Under the pieces are notes generated by a model. That model searched no databases. It worked only from the letters and a program-made list of their open reading frames with translations, and had not been told where the DNA came from. From NCBI GenBank assembly GCA_041288095.1, contig JBGGMJ010000211.1, positions 32,001-96,000 of the forward strand: 64,000 nt of DNA, read 5' to 3'. Source of the DNA: Myxococcota bacterium. GTDB taxonomy: Bacteria; Myxococcota; XYA12-FULL-58-9; JALHOP01. The position numbers and the translations under genes were made by a program. Positions within the stretch are counted from its first letter, which is position 1. Every line of letters begins with the position of its first letter. This document shows, piece after piece, positions 40,815 through 51,476 of the stretch.

Positions 40815-42555
40815 GCAAACCCTCGACCGGCGTCAGGGAGGACCCACGGAGCGCGGGGAAAACAGCGAAATTCCAAACGATGAGAAGAGCGGAAAGGGCT
40901 ACGAGGACGACGTCAGAGACCTCCAGATGCACGGGGAGCGCATCGATATAGTAGACGTCGTTGGGAAGCCAGAGCCTCCGGAGGCCGGCAACGAGGATGA
41001 GCGCGAGCACCACCCCGACGGCGATCCCGAAGCCGCCGACGAGCAAGCCTTGGGTGATGAAGATCTTCATGATGCCCGCGTCGTGGGCACCCATGGTCTT
41101 CAAGATGGCGATCTCTTTCTTCTTCTCGATGACGCTCATGGTGAGCGTGTTCACGATCGAGAAGCTCGCGACCAAGATGATGAAGACCAGCACGATGAAG
41201 GCAACGACACGCTCGAGCTTCAAGGCCGCGAACAGCGTCTGGTTGCGAACCTTCCAGTCCACCAAGGTGAGCGGCGCGGTCGCGCTCTTGGCGTTCGCGA
41301 GCGCGGCGTTGCCGTAGATGTCGCTCTTCTCTGGATCGGCGGTGAGGATCTGAACGCCGGTCGCCTCGTGGGGGCCGAGCTCGTAGAAGCGGCGCGCTTC
41401 GTCGAGGGACACGAAGGTGAGGTGCGCGTCGTATTCGTACATCTTGCTCGAAAAGACACCGACCACCTGGAGGCTCACCGACTTGGGCGCGACCCCGACG
41501 GGTGTCAGCACTTCGAGGAGTGGTGAAAGGACGCGCAGCTTGTCGCCCACCTTCACCTGGAGGCTGTTCGCCATCTCGACGCCGATGACGATGCCGGGCA
41601 CCTTCGCCGGAGGCGCGAACTCGGCGTCACTCTCGATCGGCTTGCCCGCGTCCAGCGGCGCCTTGAGGCCGTCGAGGCTGCCGCGGGTGATCTGGCCGAG
41701 CACGGTGATCACGCTCGGCGCTCGGAAGGGATCGATGCCGACCATCAGCGCGGTGCCGGTATAGTTGGCGCCGGGATTCGCGACCGCGACCTCACCTTGA
41801 ACGTAAGGAGACGCCGCGACCACACCGGAAGTCGCGGCGATTTCGTCGACCAGCGTAGGTGTCAGCTGCAGCGGACGCCCGTCGGCGGCCTCGATGCTCG
41901 CATGCGCATTGGCGCCGATAATCTTGGTGCGCAGGTCGCCTTCGAACCCCGACAGCACCGCGAGAGCGCCGATGACGGCCATGACGCCGACCGCGACACC
42001 GATGATCGAGATGGCGGTGACGATCGAGACCGCCTGCGAGCTCTTCGACAAGAGAAAGCGCCGACCAATCATCGCCTCGTAGCCGAGGCGCATGCTCGAC
42101 GGCCCGCTGGTGAGGAAGAGAAAGCCGACCGAGGCTCCGAAGTAGGTGCACGCCGCGAGGGCCGCCGGCGCGATGAGCAAGGCGCGCAAGGGAGCGGAGG
42201 TGAGGCCGTGCTCGCCCGGCCCCATGACCGCGAGGACGGCGGCGAGGTCGAGCACGAGGAGGCAGCCGACGAACAGCTCCCAGGTAGGCATGCGCTTGAG
42301 CACCGCGGCGGCGGTGAGGCCGACGAGCATGGACGTCGCGCAAGCCCAGAGCCACAGCAGTGTCGGCTCGCGCTCGAGCGTCAGCGACGAGCGCATGTAG
42401 ATGACCCACAACACGCTGCCGGAGACCGCGAGCGCGCCGGTGATCGCGGCGGCGGCGCGGAGCGAGAAGCGGCGTGAAGCAAGCCGTCGTCGCGCCAACC
42501 CCGTGAGTGCGAGCTGCACCAACAGGAGAATGGCGATGACGACGAGACCGCTCAC
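40804..42555 (-). CDS. LolC/E family permease with extra N-terminal membrane domain
   Basis: SIIGVAVGV...[20 protein letters not shown] and VYYIDALP motifs; between lysS and lolD; GTGA overlap with lysS. Confidence 0.9.
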   Translation of the reverse strand: MSGLVVIAILLLVQLALTGLARRRLASRRFSLRAAAAITGALAVSGSVLWVIYMRSSLTLEREPTLLWLWACATSMLVGLTAAAVLKRMPTWELFVGCLLVLDLAAVLAVMGPGEHGLTSAPLRALLIAPAALAACTYFGASVGFLFLTSGPSSMRLGYEAMIGRRFLLSKSSQAVSIVTAISIIGVAVGVMAVIGALAVLSGFEGDLRTKIIGANAHASIEAADGRPLQLTPTLVDEIAATSGVVAASPYVQGEVAVANPGANYTGTALMVGIDPFRAPSVITVLGQITRGSLDGLKAPLDAGKPIESDAEFAPPAKVPGIVIGVEMANSLQVKVGDKLRVLSPLLEVLTPVGVAPKSVSLQVVGVFSSKMYEYDAHLTFVSLDEARRFYELGPHEATGVQILTADPEKSDIYGNAALANAKSATAPLTLVDWKVRNQTLFAALKLERVVAFIVLVFIILVASFSIVNTLTMSVIEKKKEIAILKTMGAHDAGIMKIFITQGLLVGGFGIAVGVVLALILVAGLRRLWLPNDVYYIDALPVHLEVSDVVLVALSALLIVWNFAVFPALRGSSLTPVEGLRDG

Positions 42556-44066
42556 GTCGTTCGGCGGAGCTGCGGGAAGAGGATGACCTCGCGGATCGAG
42601 AGCGCATTGGTGAAGAGCATCACCAAGCGATCGATACCGAGACCGAAACCGCCGGTCGGCGGCATGCCGTGCTCGAGGGCGCGGACGTAGTCCTCGTCCA
42701 TTTGATGCGCTTCTTGGTCGCCTGCCTCGCGTTGAGCGAGCTGGCCTTCGAAGCGTGCCTTTTGATCGAGCGGATCGTTGAGCTCGGAGAAGCCGTTGGC
42801 GAACTCGCGTCCGGCGATGAAGAGCTCGAAGCGATCGACGAACCACGGGTTCGAAGGCTTCTTGCGCGCGAGCGGCGAGACGTCGAGTGGGAAGTCGTAC
42901 ACGAACGTGGGCTGAATGAGTTTCTGCTCGGCGAAGTGCTCGAAGAGCGCCACGACGCGCCCCCCCGACGTCATCCCCTTCTGCCAAAGACTCAAGCTCT
43001 TCAAGAGCTCCGTCGACTTGGCTTCGTCACGCGCCTCTTCGGGCGACGGGCCTCCGTGCTTATGGATGGCCTCGAGCATCGACAGGCGTTGAAACGGCGC
43101 CGCCATCGAGATCTCGTGTTCGCCAAAGCGGATGTTGGTGGTACCGAGCACCGCCTGGGCCGCGCCCGCGAGCAGGTCCTCGATGAACCGCATCAGCTTC
43201 TGGTAGTCGCTGTACGCTTCGTACGACTCCAGCATGGTGAACTCCGGATTGTGGAAGGTGCTGATGCCCTCGTTCCGGAAGTTGCGGTTGATCTCGAAGA
43301 CACGCTCGAGGCCGCCGACCACCAGGCGCTTCAAGTAGAGCTCCGGCGCGATGCGCAGGTAGAGGTCGACGTCGAGCGTGTTGTGATGCGTCTTGAACGG
43401 ACGCGCCGCGGCGCCGCCGGCGATTGGATGCATCATCGGCGTCTCGACCTCGAGGAAGTCGTTCTTCACGAAGAAGTCGCGGATCCAATGCACGAGGCGC
43501 GAGCGGATGCGGAAGATGCGGCGCGTCTCGGCGTTCGAGACCAAGTCGAGGTAGCGCTGGCGATAGCGGATCTCGGTATCGGTCACGCCGTGCCACTTTT
43601 CCGGAAGTGGCCGTAGGGTCTTGGTGATGATGCGGAACAGCGAAGCCGCGATGGACAGCTCGCCGGTCTTGGTCCGCATCGGCGTACCGACGACACCGAT
43701 GAAGTCGCCGATGTCCATGTGCTTCAAGAGCTCGAAGGCCTTTTCGCCGACCTTGTCCTTCTTGAGGTAGATCTGGAGCTTGCCGACGGGCTCGTTGTTG
43801 GGGCCCAAGTCGTCGGTCGTGCCGTCCTGGATGCGCAGGAACGCGGCCTTGCCCATGAGGTTCACGGCGACGACACGGCCTGCGATGGCGTGATTCTCGG
43901 TCACGGCTTCGAGAGCGGCGGCTGATTGCTCGGTGGCGTAGCGTTTCACGAAGGCCGCGACGGTGGTGTCGACCGCGAAGTCGTTGGCGTAGGGGTCGAT
44001 TCCAAGCTCGCGCAATTCGTTGGTCTTGCGCAGGCGCTGCTCGTACTGCTCGTCGCGTTCAGTCAT
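42552..44066 (-). CDS. lysS: Lysine--tRNA ligase (class II)
   Basis: PLPEKWHG, RYRQRYLDL, GGAAARPF, RIAPELYLKRL and GMPPTGGFGLGIDRL motifs. Confidence 0.98.
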   Translation of the reverse strand: MTERDEQYEQRLRKTNELRELGIDPYANDFAVDTTVAAFVKRYATEQSAAALEAVTENHAIAGRVVAVNLMGKAAFLRIQDGTTDDLGPNNEPVGKLQIYLKKDKVGEKAFELLKHMDIGDFIGVVGTPMRTKTGELSIAASLFRIITKTLRPLPEKWHGVTDTEIRYRQRYLDLVSNAETRRIFRIRSRLVHWIRDFFVKNDFLEVETPMMHPIAGGAAARPFKTHHNTLDVDLYLRIAPELYLKRLVVGGLERVFEINRNFRNEGISTFHNPEFTMLESYEAYSDYQKLMRFIEDLLAGAAQAVLGTTNIRFGEHEISMAAPFQRLSMLEAIHKHGGPSPEEARDEAKSTELLKSLSLWQKGMTSGGRVVALFEHFAEQKLIQPTFVYDFPLDVSPLARKKPSNPWFVDRFELFIAGREFANGFSELNDPLDQKARFEGQLAQREAGDQEAHQMDEDYVRALEHGMPPTGGFGLGIDRLVMLFTNALSIREVILFPQLRRTT

Positions 44067-44177
44067 GGGGGTCGCGCGCGCAATAGCGTGCGGAATCGAA
44101 GGGGTCAAGCAACGGATTTTGTGAGTCGAAACGCCATCGTAGAGGCCTGTCCGGGTATGTGGTAAACCCTGGAAACG

Positions 44178-45827
44178 ATGTGCTTGCGCACCGTGGCTCT
44201 GGCCACGACCATGGCCTTCCTCGCCACCGGCACCGCTGCCGAGGTTGCCGCCTCTCCCGAGCGCGTGGCGGTGGCGGGAAAGCGCGCTCCATCCAAGAAG
44301 GCCAAGGCCTCGAGCAAACGTCCACCACCTCCCGAGCCGGAGCTCGAGGCACCGGCGCTCGAAGAGCCACCGAAGCCCGCAAGCGCCGCAACTCCAGTCG
44401 CGTCGCAGGGGCCGCCGACGCTCTCCACCAAGTACCGAGCGGTGGCCATTCTGCCCTTCGATACATCGGACGTTGGTGAGTCGCTCATCCGCTCGATCGA
44501 ACAGGCCCTCATCAACGAGATCGAGGACAAAGGCGGGTTTCGCGCCGTGTCGCCGCGCGACGTCGTGAGCGAAGCGGCTTCCTACGACATGAGCCCGGGC
44601 AAGTGCGCGAACGAAGATGTTGCCTGCTGGGCTCAGGTGGCCCGTCACGCCCGCGCCCACCTCGCGATCGTCACGCGCGTCGCCGCCCTCGGCGGCGTGC
44701 TCAACTTGTCGCTCCGCCTGCTCGATGCGCAGACCGGCAGCGAGGTCGGCCGCGTCGCCGAGGCTCTGTCCGAGAAAACGGACGAGCGCGCCGCCCAGAT
44801 GCATCGGATGGCCGTGCAGTTGTTCACGCCGGCGGAGTACGTCGGCACGCTCATCGTCAAAAGCGACGAAGCCGGCGCCGACATCTACCTGAACGACAAG
44901 CTCGTCGGCACCACCCCGCTCAAGGCGCCGCTCAAGAGCTTGCCGGCGGGTCCCTACATCTTGCACGTCACCAAGGAAGGCTTCGCCGACGTCTACCAGT
45001 TCGTCGACGTCGCCTATAACCGCGTCTCGACCATCACGGTGAGCCTCGCCACCAACACCATTTCGGGCGCCATCGCTTTCGGCTCCGACACGGGCTTCGG
45101 CAGCGTGTACGTCATTTCGGACTTGCCCGAGGTCGAGGTGCGTATCGACGGCGAGCCCAAAGGCATGACGCCGCTCGAAGGCGCGATCTCGCAAGTCCCT
45201 GCCGGCAGCCGGCGCTTGTCTCTGCGTCGTGGCAACGCCGCGCCGCTGGTGCGCGAGCTCAAGGTCGAGAAAGGAAAGCGCACCGACGTCGGCGTCAGCG
45301 TGGGCCCGGACGGCACCCTCACGGCGGTGGTCATGGTGAGCTCCTTGGACAGCCCCTTGCCGGTCGACCCAGGCCTGTCGACGCCGGTCGCGGGCGTCAA
45401 GGCAGCCGGGCCCACCGCCGAAGCCAGCCATCCAGTCTTCACGAGCGGACTCGTGGTTGCCGGCGTGGGTGTGGTGGCGCTCGGCATCGGCGGCGTATTC
45501 GCGAGTCAAGTGCGCTCCGCCAACAACGCGGCCAAGGACTACGAGCGCACCATTCGTGAAAGTGACGACCCCGTGGAGCGCAACGAGGCGCGCGAGGATC
45601 TCGCCCAGCTCAACGAGGACGGTCCGGGCAAGGAGCGCAATCAGTGGATCGCGCTCGGCATCGGAGGGGGCTTGTTGCTCACCGGGGGCCTGCTCATGGC
45701 GGCGGATCATTGGCACTGGTTCGGCATCGGCGCGCAGAGCGCCGGCCGCGACCGGGACGATGGGCTCCGTATCGGGGTGATGCCGGGCCCTGGCGGCGGA
45801 ATGGTGAGCATCGCGACACCGTGGTAG
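44178..45827 (+). CDS. PEGA domain-containing exported/membrane protein
   Basis: Signal peptide, two PEGA-like repeats (GADIYLND..VGTTPL; VRIDGE..GMTPL), C-terminal Gly-rich hydrophobic segments. Confidence 0.85.
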   Translation: MCLRTVALATTMAFLATGTAAEVAASPERVAVAGKRAPSKKAKASSKRPPPPEPELEAPALEEPPKPASAATPVASQGPPTLSTKYRAVAILPFDTSDVGESLIRSIEQALINEIEDKGGFRAVSPRDVVSEAASYDMSPGKCANEDVACWAQVARHARAHLAIVTRVAALGGVLNLSLRLLDAQTGSEVGRVAEALSEKTDERAAQMHRMAVQLFTPAEYVGTLIVKSDEAGADIYLNDKLVGTTPLKAPLKSLPAGPYILHVTKEGFADVYQFVDVAYNRVSTITVSLATNTISGAIAFGSDTGFGSVYVISDLPEVEVRIDGEPKGMTPLEGAISQVPAGSRRLSLRRGNAAPLVRELKVEKGKRTDVGVSVGPDGTLTAVVMVSSLDSPLPVDPGLSTPVAGVKAAGPTAEASHPVFTSGLVVAGVGVVALGIGGVFASQVRSANNAAKDYERTIRESDDPVERNEAREDLAQLNEDGPGKERNQWIALGIGGGLLLTGGLLMAADHWHWFGIGAQSAGRDRDDGLRIGVMPGPGGGMVSIATPW

Positions 45828-48091
45828 CCGCCGGACGGGCCGGGCTTTTGCTGCTCGCCGGCCTCTTCGCTTGCAGCCCGAGCCTCGAGACGCCCAGCGG
45901 CGTGCGGATTCGCTGCGTCGACCATGATGACTGCCCGAGCGAGCGCTGCAGCACCACCGTCGGCGTCTGCATCGCGAAGGACGACGACGACTCGCCTTTG
46001 CGGATCGTCAGCGTCGAGGCGCTCGACTCACGGCACATCGTGGTGCTCTTCAATCGTGTCGTCGACCCCTCGTCAGCCGGTGACTTCACGGTCTACGCGT
46101 TGAGCCCGGGGATTTCACCGGAGGCCGCTGAGGTCGCCGACGATCACTTGAGCGTCACCGTGCAGACGACTCAGCAAAAGCTCCGCACGTACCTGGTCGA
46201 TGTCGTGGATGTGTTCGACCCCATCGGTCGTCCACTGGAGCGGACACAGAAGACCTTCACCGGCATCGGCGAACAAGTGAGCGCACTGGCGCCGACGCCG
46301 TTGGCGCCGCTCGATCACAGCCTCTTCGGTGAGCCGGAGGTCGCCTTGACCTGGAGCGCTCTCGACGACGCGGTGGACTACTCGATCGAGGTGGTGCGTC
46401 TCACACCCGCCGGCGAGATACCCATCGTCGGTTCGCCCTTCGTCACACGCGAAACCGAGCTGAACCTGACCGTCGAAGCAGACGCCACCTATTCATGGCG
46501 GGTCACCGCGGACACCAGCCGTGAGCCGCCGGTGACGTCGTCGTTTGCTGTCTTTGGCGACGCGATCCACGTCTACTGCGCGGCGACCGCCGACTGCTCG
46601 CTGGCCGACACCTGGGACGCCGGCACCAGCGTCAACCCGAGCCGCCGCATCGGGCGAGCCCTGGCGCTCGCGGCGTTTCTGTCGCGCGGCGAGGTTCGCA
46701 TCGCGGGTCGCGGCGCCGGCGGCGCCTATGACGAAGGCTTCATCGTGGCCGCGCCCATCACGCGCATCCGTGGCGGCTACGATCCGAGCTTCACGGTGCT
46801 CGACCCCGCGGCGACACCGACCATCATCCGTGGCGATCCAGCGGCCGTGCGGGTCATCACCACCATCCCCCTCGAGCTCTTCGATCTCGAGCTGCACGCA
46901 AGCGGCGGGGTTGCCTTGGCCTTGACCGGCGTCGCTCAGTTTGCGGCCACGCGCCTCAACTTGTTGGCGGCCAACGGTGGACGACCGCTCGACGCGCGCC
47001 GCTGCACGGACGGGATCGTCGTGACGTTCTCGAATCTCAGCACCGGAACGTTGGATGGTCCTGGCTTTCCGGCGCAGAGCCGGGTCACGGGCGCCTGTGA
47101 GGTCGACTTCGATCACGCCGCGATTGGTGGCGCGGGCATCGAGGTGGTCGCCGCCGGCGCAACCTTCCTCGATTCCACGATCGCCGTGACAACGGGGCGA
47201 CCCACGGGCGATCAGGATTTCCTTGGTCTCGAGATCGAGGCCGTGCTCGTCCAACGCGGCTCGGTCACGCTCCTGCGCAGCTTCGTGCGCGCCGGCACCG
47301 ATGACGGAGCCGAGCGCCGGGTTGCCTTGCGCGTCCTTGGCGGCGGTAACGCAAGGGTCGACTCCAGCACCCTCGTCGCGGCGCGGGTCGGCTATGGCGA
47401 ATGCGACCCCGTGAGCTGCCAGGGCTACGCGTATGCCATCGAGGGCCGTGACGTCGACGGCGTCGGGGAAGTCGATATCGTCGTGACCAACTCGGTCTTG
47501 GCCGCGAGCAGCACGCCGTTCACGAACGAGCGGACCGCGTCGGCGGTGTATTGGGTTGGCCCCGGAAGAATGTCGCTCATCCACGACATTCTCTACGCGA
47601 GCGAAGGAACTGCCCTGCAGGTAAACCCCGGGCAGGCGTCGGGCAACGACCTTCAGGTCCTCGATAGCGCTCTGGTGTGCAGCGGCACGAGCGTCGGCGG
47701 TGACAACGTCAGCGACGTTCCACCGCGCCTGCTGCGAGCCACCGCCATCGTCGGCTGCACGACGCCGTACATGCGCTTGGGGGCCAGCTACACGACCGCG
47801 TCCGCCATCATGAGCATCAGTGACCCCGCGCCGCATTCCTTTTCCAACCTGCATGTCTTGGCTGCCCCGGTGTCGGCGACGTTCCCCCAGTACGCTGGCG
47901 CGGACACCATACCCGGCACCGCGGACGACGACTGGTCGTGCGGTGCGGCCTGCTCGGGCCTCGGCGAGTCGAGCCAAAACCCAATCTGTGGGTCGAGCGG
48001 CGCGTCGACCTGCGCTGCTTCGGTCACGGTGGACAGCGCGGGCGTCAATCGGACCTCGCCGGTGAGCCTCGGCCCCCGGGAGGTCGATTGA
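45821..48091 (+). CDS. Cys-rich lipoprotein with Ig-like, FN3-like and beta-helix regions (paralog 1)
   Basis: LFAC lipobox, C..DDCP...C....C module, VVLFNR Ig-like, WRVTAD FN3-like, C-terminal DSAGVNR...LGPRE. Confidence 0.7.
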   Translation: MVAAGRAGLLLLAGLFACSPSLETPSGVRIRCVDHDDCPSERCSTTVGVCIAKDDDDSPLRIVSVEALDSRHIVVLFNRVVDPSSAGDFTVYALSPGISPEAAEVADDHLSVTVQTTQQKLRTYLVDVVDVFDPIGRPLERTQKTFTGIGEQVSALAPTPLAPLDHSLFGEPEVALTWSALDDAVDYSIEVVRLTPAGEIPIVGSPFVTRETELNLTVEADATYSWRVTADTSREPPVTSSFAVFGDAIHVYCAATADCSLADTWDAGTSVNPSRRIGRALALAAFLSRGEVRIAGRGAGGAYDEGFIVAAPITRIRGGYDPSFTVLDPAATPTIIRGDPAAVRVITTIPLELFDLELHASGGVALALTGVAQFAATRLNLLAANGGRPLDARRCTDGIVVTFSNLSTGTLDGPGFPAQSRVTGACEVDFDHAAIGGAGIEVVAAGATFLDSTIAVTTGRPTGDQDFLGLEIEAVLVQRGSVTLLRSFVRAGTDDGAERRVALRVLGGGNARVDSSTLVAARVGYGECDPVSCQGYAYAIEGRDVDGVGEVDIVVTNSVLAASSTPFTNERTASAVYWVGPGRMSLIHDILYASEGTALQVNPGQASGNDLQVLDSALVCSGTSVGGDNVSDVPPRLLRATAIVGCTTPYMRLGASYTTASAIMSISDPAPHSFSNLHVLAAPVSATFPQYAGADTIPGTADDDWSCGAACSGLGESSQNPICGSSGASTCAASVTVDSAGVNRTSPVSLGPREVD

Positions 48092-50325
48092 TGCGCCGCA
48101 TCGCCCTTCTGCTCGCGCTCTCGTCGGCCTGCAGCGTGTCCCTCGTCACTCCAGACGACGCCGTTATCGTGTGCGACGAGGACGCCGACTGCCCACTCGG
48201 CCGCTGCGATGTGGCGCTCCAGCGCTGCGTCGGAGCGGGCAGTGGCACGCCACTGCGCTTCACGTCCGCTATCGCGACCTCGTCGGTGCGGGTCGATGCC
48301 GTGTTCAATCAGCCGCTGGCGCCGCGAAGTGTCGTCGGCGCGGCGCAGGTGACGATCGTTCCAGCTCTCGCGGTCACAGGGCTCGCGCTCGACGAAACCA
48401 ATCAGCGCCTCTCGGTCACTACCGAGCAGCAAGCCTTCGATGTCGTCTACACACTGACGGTCACCGGTTTTTTGGCCAGCGCCGGCGACCCGCTCGAGGA
48501 AACAGCGCGCAGCCAATCGTTCACGTCCTTTCTCGGGCTCGCTGACCGGAATCCGCCCGCCATCATCCGGCCCGCGGACGGCAGTCGGGTGCGCGGCGGT
48601 GACGTGGACTTCGCTTGGCAAGCAATCGGTGGCGCCACCAGCTACACGCTGGAAGTCTTCCGGCGCGGTGAGGCCGCGCCACTCGCCCTCGTCGAGGTTC
48701 CGGCCACCACGACGACCATCAGCATCGCGCTGCCGCTCGAAGGCACGTACGACTGGCGCGTACGCGCCGACACCACCACCGCGGGCGTCTACAACAACGC
48801 CGCCTTCGATGCTCTCGTCGACGCCGTCTACGTCTCCTGTTCCGAGCCAGAGTGTCCGCCGCGTCTCGGCAATGGCAGCAGGCGGGCGCCGGTCCAACGC
48901 ATCAACGAGGGTCTGGTGCTCGCGCGTCAGCTAGGCATCGGCTCGGTGCGCGTCGCGGCCCGCGCCGACGGTGGCACCTACGACGAGATCTTGGTGCTCG
49001 CGGACACACCAGTGACGATCGATGGTGGATTCGACGCCGCCTTTACCCCCGGCGCAGGCCGCGCCGAAATCGCAGCCGTCGGCACCGTGATTGTCGCCCG
49101 ACCGGCCTCGGGACCGTTGCGTATCGCCAACGTTCTGCTCTCGGCTCTGTCGGCGCCGAACCTCGAGGTCGTCAGCGTCGAGGGCGCCACCGACATCACC
49201 TTCGACGACGTCGTCATCCTGGCCGAGCCGACCATCGATACGAGCGTCGGTATCAACTGTGACGGCCGCCCGGGTATCGCCGACGTGCACCTCGCCGACG
49301 TGACCATGCTCCTCAGCACCAGCGCATCCGTGGGGGTCGAGCCCAGCGAGTCGATGGTGGGAATTCGCGGGCGCGATGCGCGTCTCGACGTCCGCGATAG
49401 CTTCCTCTCCGTGGGCTTGGAGCCGGCTGGCGGCGGAGGCCCGAACCAGATTCGCGGCATCGAGCTGCTCGGCAACGGTACGTTCGCCGCCACGCGTCTC
49501 ACGGTGGGCGTCGGCTACGCGGTCGCCGTGTCGACGGCATACTTCGATGACCGCAGCGCGCGGCCGAGCGGCGCCCCGGCGTACGATTTGATCGAGGCCT
49601 CGCGTTTTTTCGTGCCGGTCAGCAACAGCGCCATCATTGCCGTGTACATCACCCATTTGCGACGCATTGTTGTCCGCAATAGCGTCGTGGTCGCGGGCGG
49701 CGCCCCCGCGGTCGACGCGGTGCGTATCCTCGGCGGCCTCGAGGACGGCTCGCCCGGCGACGGGCCCAATTTCATCCACGACCTCATTCAGGTCACGAAC
49801 GACCGGCCCTCGAACGCCATCGCGAGCAACGTCAAGGGGTTCATGGTCGCCAATTCGATCATCACGACCGATGCGTGCACCAACGTGGCCTGCGGTTCGA
49901 CGACCAATCGCTGCCTATTCGTCAACGGCGACGTGGGCCCCGCCGCGCTCGTCGGCACGGCCCTCGCGTGCGAGGCGCCCTACGCGGGCTTCGGTCTTGG
50001 CTCCCCCGACTTCAGCCAGCCCTCTCCCAGCTGCGCCGACGGCCAGGGACGCGTCATTCGCTGCACCGGCACCACCCTCGTCACGCCACCGCTCGGCGCC
50101 TATTTCACCGATGGCGACGGCGCCGACGCCAGCATCGGCACAGCCGCGGACAATGACTACCACCTGCTCGTCGGCGCACCGGCAAGCCTGCGCACCGGAG
50201 GCGTCAACTTGGCCGGCAACGTTTGCGGGTACGCCGATCAGTCATTGCCCTGCAACGCCGGCACCACCGACGCCGATGGCGTCACGCGCTCCAATCCGTT
50301 TTCGATGGGCCCCTACGAGTACTGA
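48091..50325 (+). CDS. Cys-rich lipoprotein with Ig-like, FN3-like and beta-helix regions (paralog 2)
   Basis: SSAC lipobox, same domain order as the upstream gene, WRVRAD, C-terminal DADGVTR...MGPYEY; TGATG coupling. Confidence 0.7.
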   Translation: MRRIALLLALSSACSVSLVTPDDAVIVCDEDADCPLGRCDVALQRCVGAGSGTPLRFTSAIATSSVRVDAVFNQPLAPRSVVGAAQVTIVPALAVTGLALDETNQRLSVTTEQQAFDVVYTLTVTGFLASAGDPLEETARSQSFTSFLGLADRNPPAIIRPADGSRVRGGDVDFAWQAIGGATSYTLEVFRRGEAAPLALVEVPATTTTISIALPLEGTYDWRVRADTTTAGVYNNAAFDALVDAVYVSCSEPECPPRLGNGSRRAPVQRINEGLVLARQLGIGSVRVAARADGGTYDEILVLADTPVTIDGGFDAAFTPGAGRAEIAAVGTVIVARPASGPLRIANVLLSALSAPNLEVVSVEGATDITFDDVVILAEPTIDTSVGINCDGRPGIADVHLADVTMLLSTSASVGVEPSESMVGIRGRDARLDVRDSFLSVGLEPAGGGGPNQIRGIELLGNGTFAATRLTVGVGYAVAVSTAYFDDRSARPSGAPAYDLIEASRFFVPVSNSAIIAVYITHLRRIVVRNSVVVAGGAPAVDAVRILGGLEDGSPGDGPNFIHDLIQVTNDRPSNAIASNVKGFMVANSIITTDACTNVACGSTTNRCLFVNGDVGPAALVGTALACEAPYAGFGLGSPDFSQPSPSCADGQGRVIRCTGTTLVTPPLGAYFTDGDGADASIGTAADNDYHLLVGAPASLRTGGVNLAGNVCGYADQSLPCNAGTTDADGVTRSNPFSMGPYEY

Positions 50326-50328
50326 CGC

Positions 50329-51442
50329 CTACTCGAGCTCTTTCTGATCGGTCGCTGTCTTACCCAGCAGATACGACTCGATGAAGCCATCGAGGTCGCC
50401 GTCGAGGACAGCGTCGGTGTTGCCCGCTTCGTGTCCGGTGCGATGATCCTTCACGAGACGATACGGCTGCAGAACGTACGAACGGATCTGCGAGCCCCAC
50501 TCGATCTTCTTGCGGTCACCGGCGAGCTTCTCGCGCTCTTCATCGCGCTTGCGCAGCTCGAGCTCGAAGAGCTTGGCGCGCAGCATCTTCATCGCCTTGG
50601 CGCGGTTCTTGTGCTGGCTACGCTCCGCCTGACAGGCGACGACGATGCCGGTGGGCATGTGCGTCAGGCGGATGGCCGACTCCGTCTTGTTGACGTGCTG
50701 ACCGCCCGCTCCGCTCGAGCGGTAGGTATCGACACGCAGATCTTCGTCGCGGATCTCCACCTGCACGTCGTCGTCGATCTCGGGCGCTGTCGCGACCGAG
50801 GCAAACGAGGTGTGACGACGCTTGGCCGAGTCGTAGGGGCTGATGCGCACCAAGCGGTGCACTCCCTGCTCCGCCTTCAGATACCCATAGGCGTACGGGC
50901 CGGTGATCTCGAGCGAGGCGCTCTTGATGCCGGCTTCTTCGCCGTGCTGGATGTCGAGCACCTCGACCTTGAAGTCGTGCTGCTCGGCCCAGCGGCTGAG
51001 CATGCGCATGAGCATCTGCGCCCAATCCTGGCTCTCGGTGCCGCCGGCTCCGGCGTTGATCGAGAGGAGCGCGTTGTTCTTGTCGTATTCGCCACCGAGC
51101 ATGCGCTGCAGCTCGAACTGCTCGATGGTCTTCTTCGCCGTGCCGATGTTGTTGTCGACCTCGGCGGCAATCTCGGCGTCCTGGTCGGCGAGCTCGAGCA
51201 AGCCGTCGGCGTCCGAGATCAGCTTTCCCACGTAGCGGAACTGCTGCACGACGCGCTCGAGCCGCGTGCGTTCTTGCTGGAGCTTGGCGGCGGCCTGGGC
51301 GTCTTGCCAGAGGGCGGGGTCACCCGAGCGTTCTTCTATCTCGACGAGCTGTCTCTCCAAGCCGGCGATGTCAAAGATGCCTCCGCAGCAAGGAGACTCG
51401 GTCTTGGAGCTGCGTGAGGAGTGGCTTGCGGTCGTCGCTCAT
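50329..51442 (-). CDS. prfB: Peptide chain release factor 2 (programmed +1 frameshift)
   Basis: GAGGTESQDW, HRLVRISPY, GAGGQHVN and WGSQIRSY motifs; 23-codon first frame from ATG 51442 ends in CTT-TGA-C. Confidence 0.97.
51370..51384 (-). promoter_or_regulatory. prfB frameshift site (internal SD plus CTT TGA C)
   Basis: Minus strand reads GGAGG-CAT-CTT-TGA-C; +1 shift gives GAC ATC GCC GGC TTG, in frame with the main ORF. Confidence 0.95.
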
Positions 51443-51476
51443 GGAGCAGGCATCTGCATGCCCAGCCTCGTGAAAG

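Noticed and set aside
44067..45716. 550-aa N-terminal extension of the lysS ORF in the track
   Set aside because: It is the antisense shadow of the PEGA gene; LysS similarity begins at ATG 44066.
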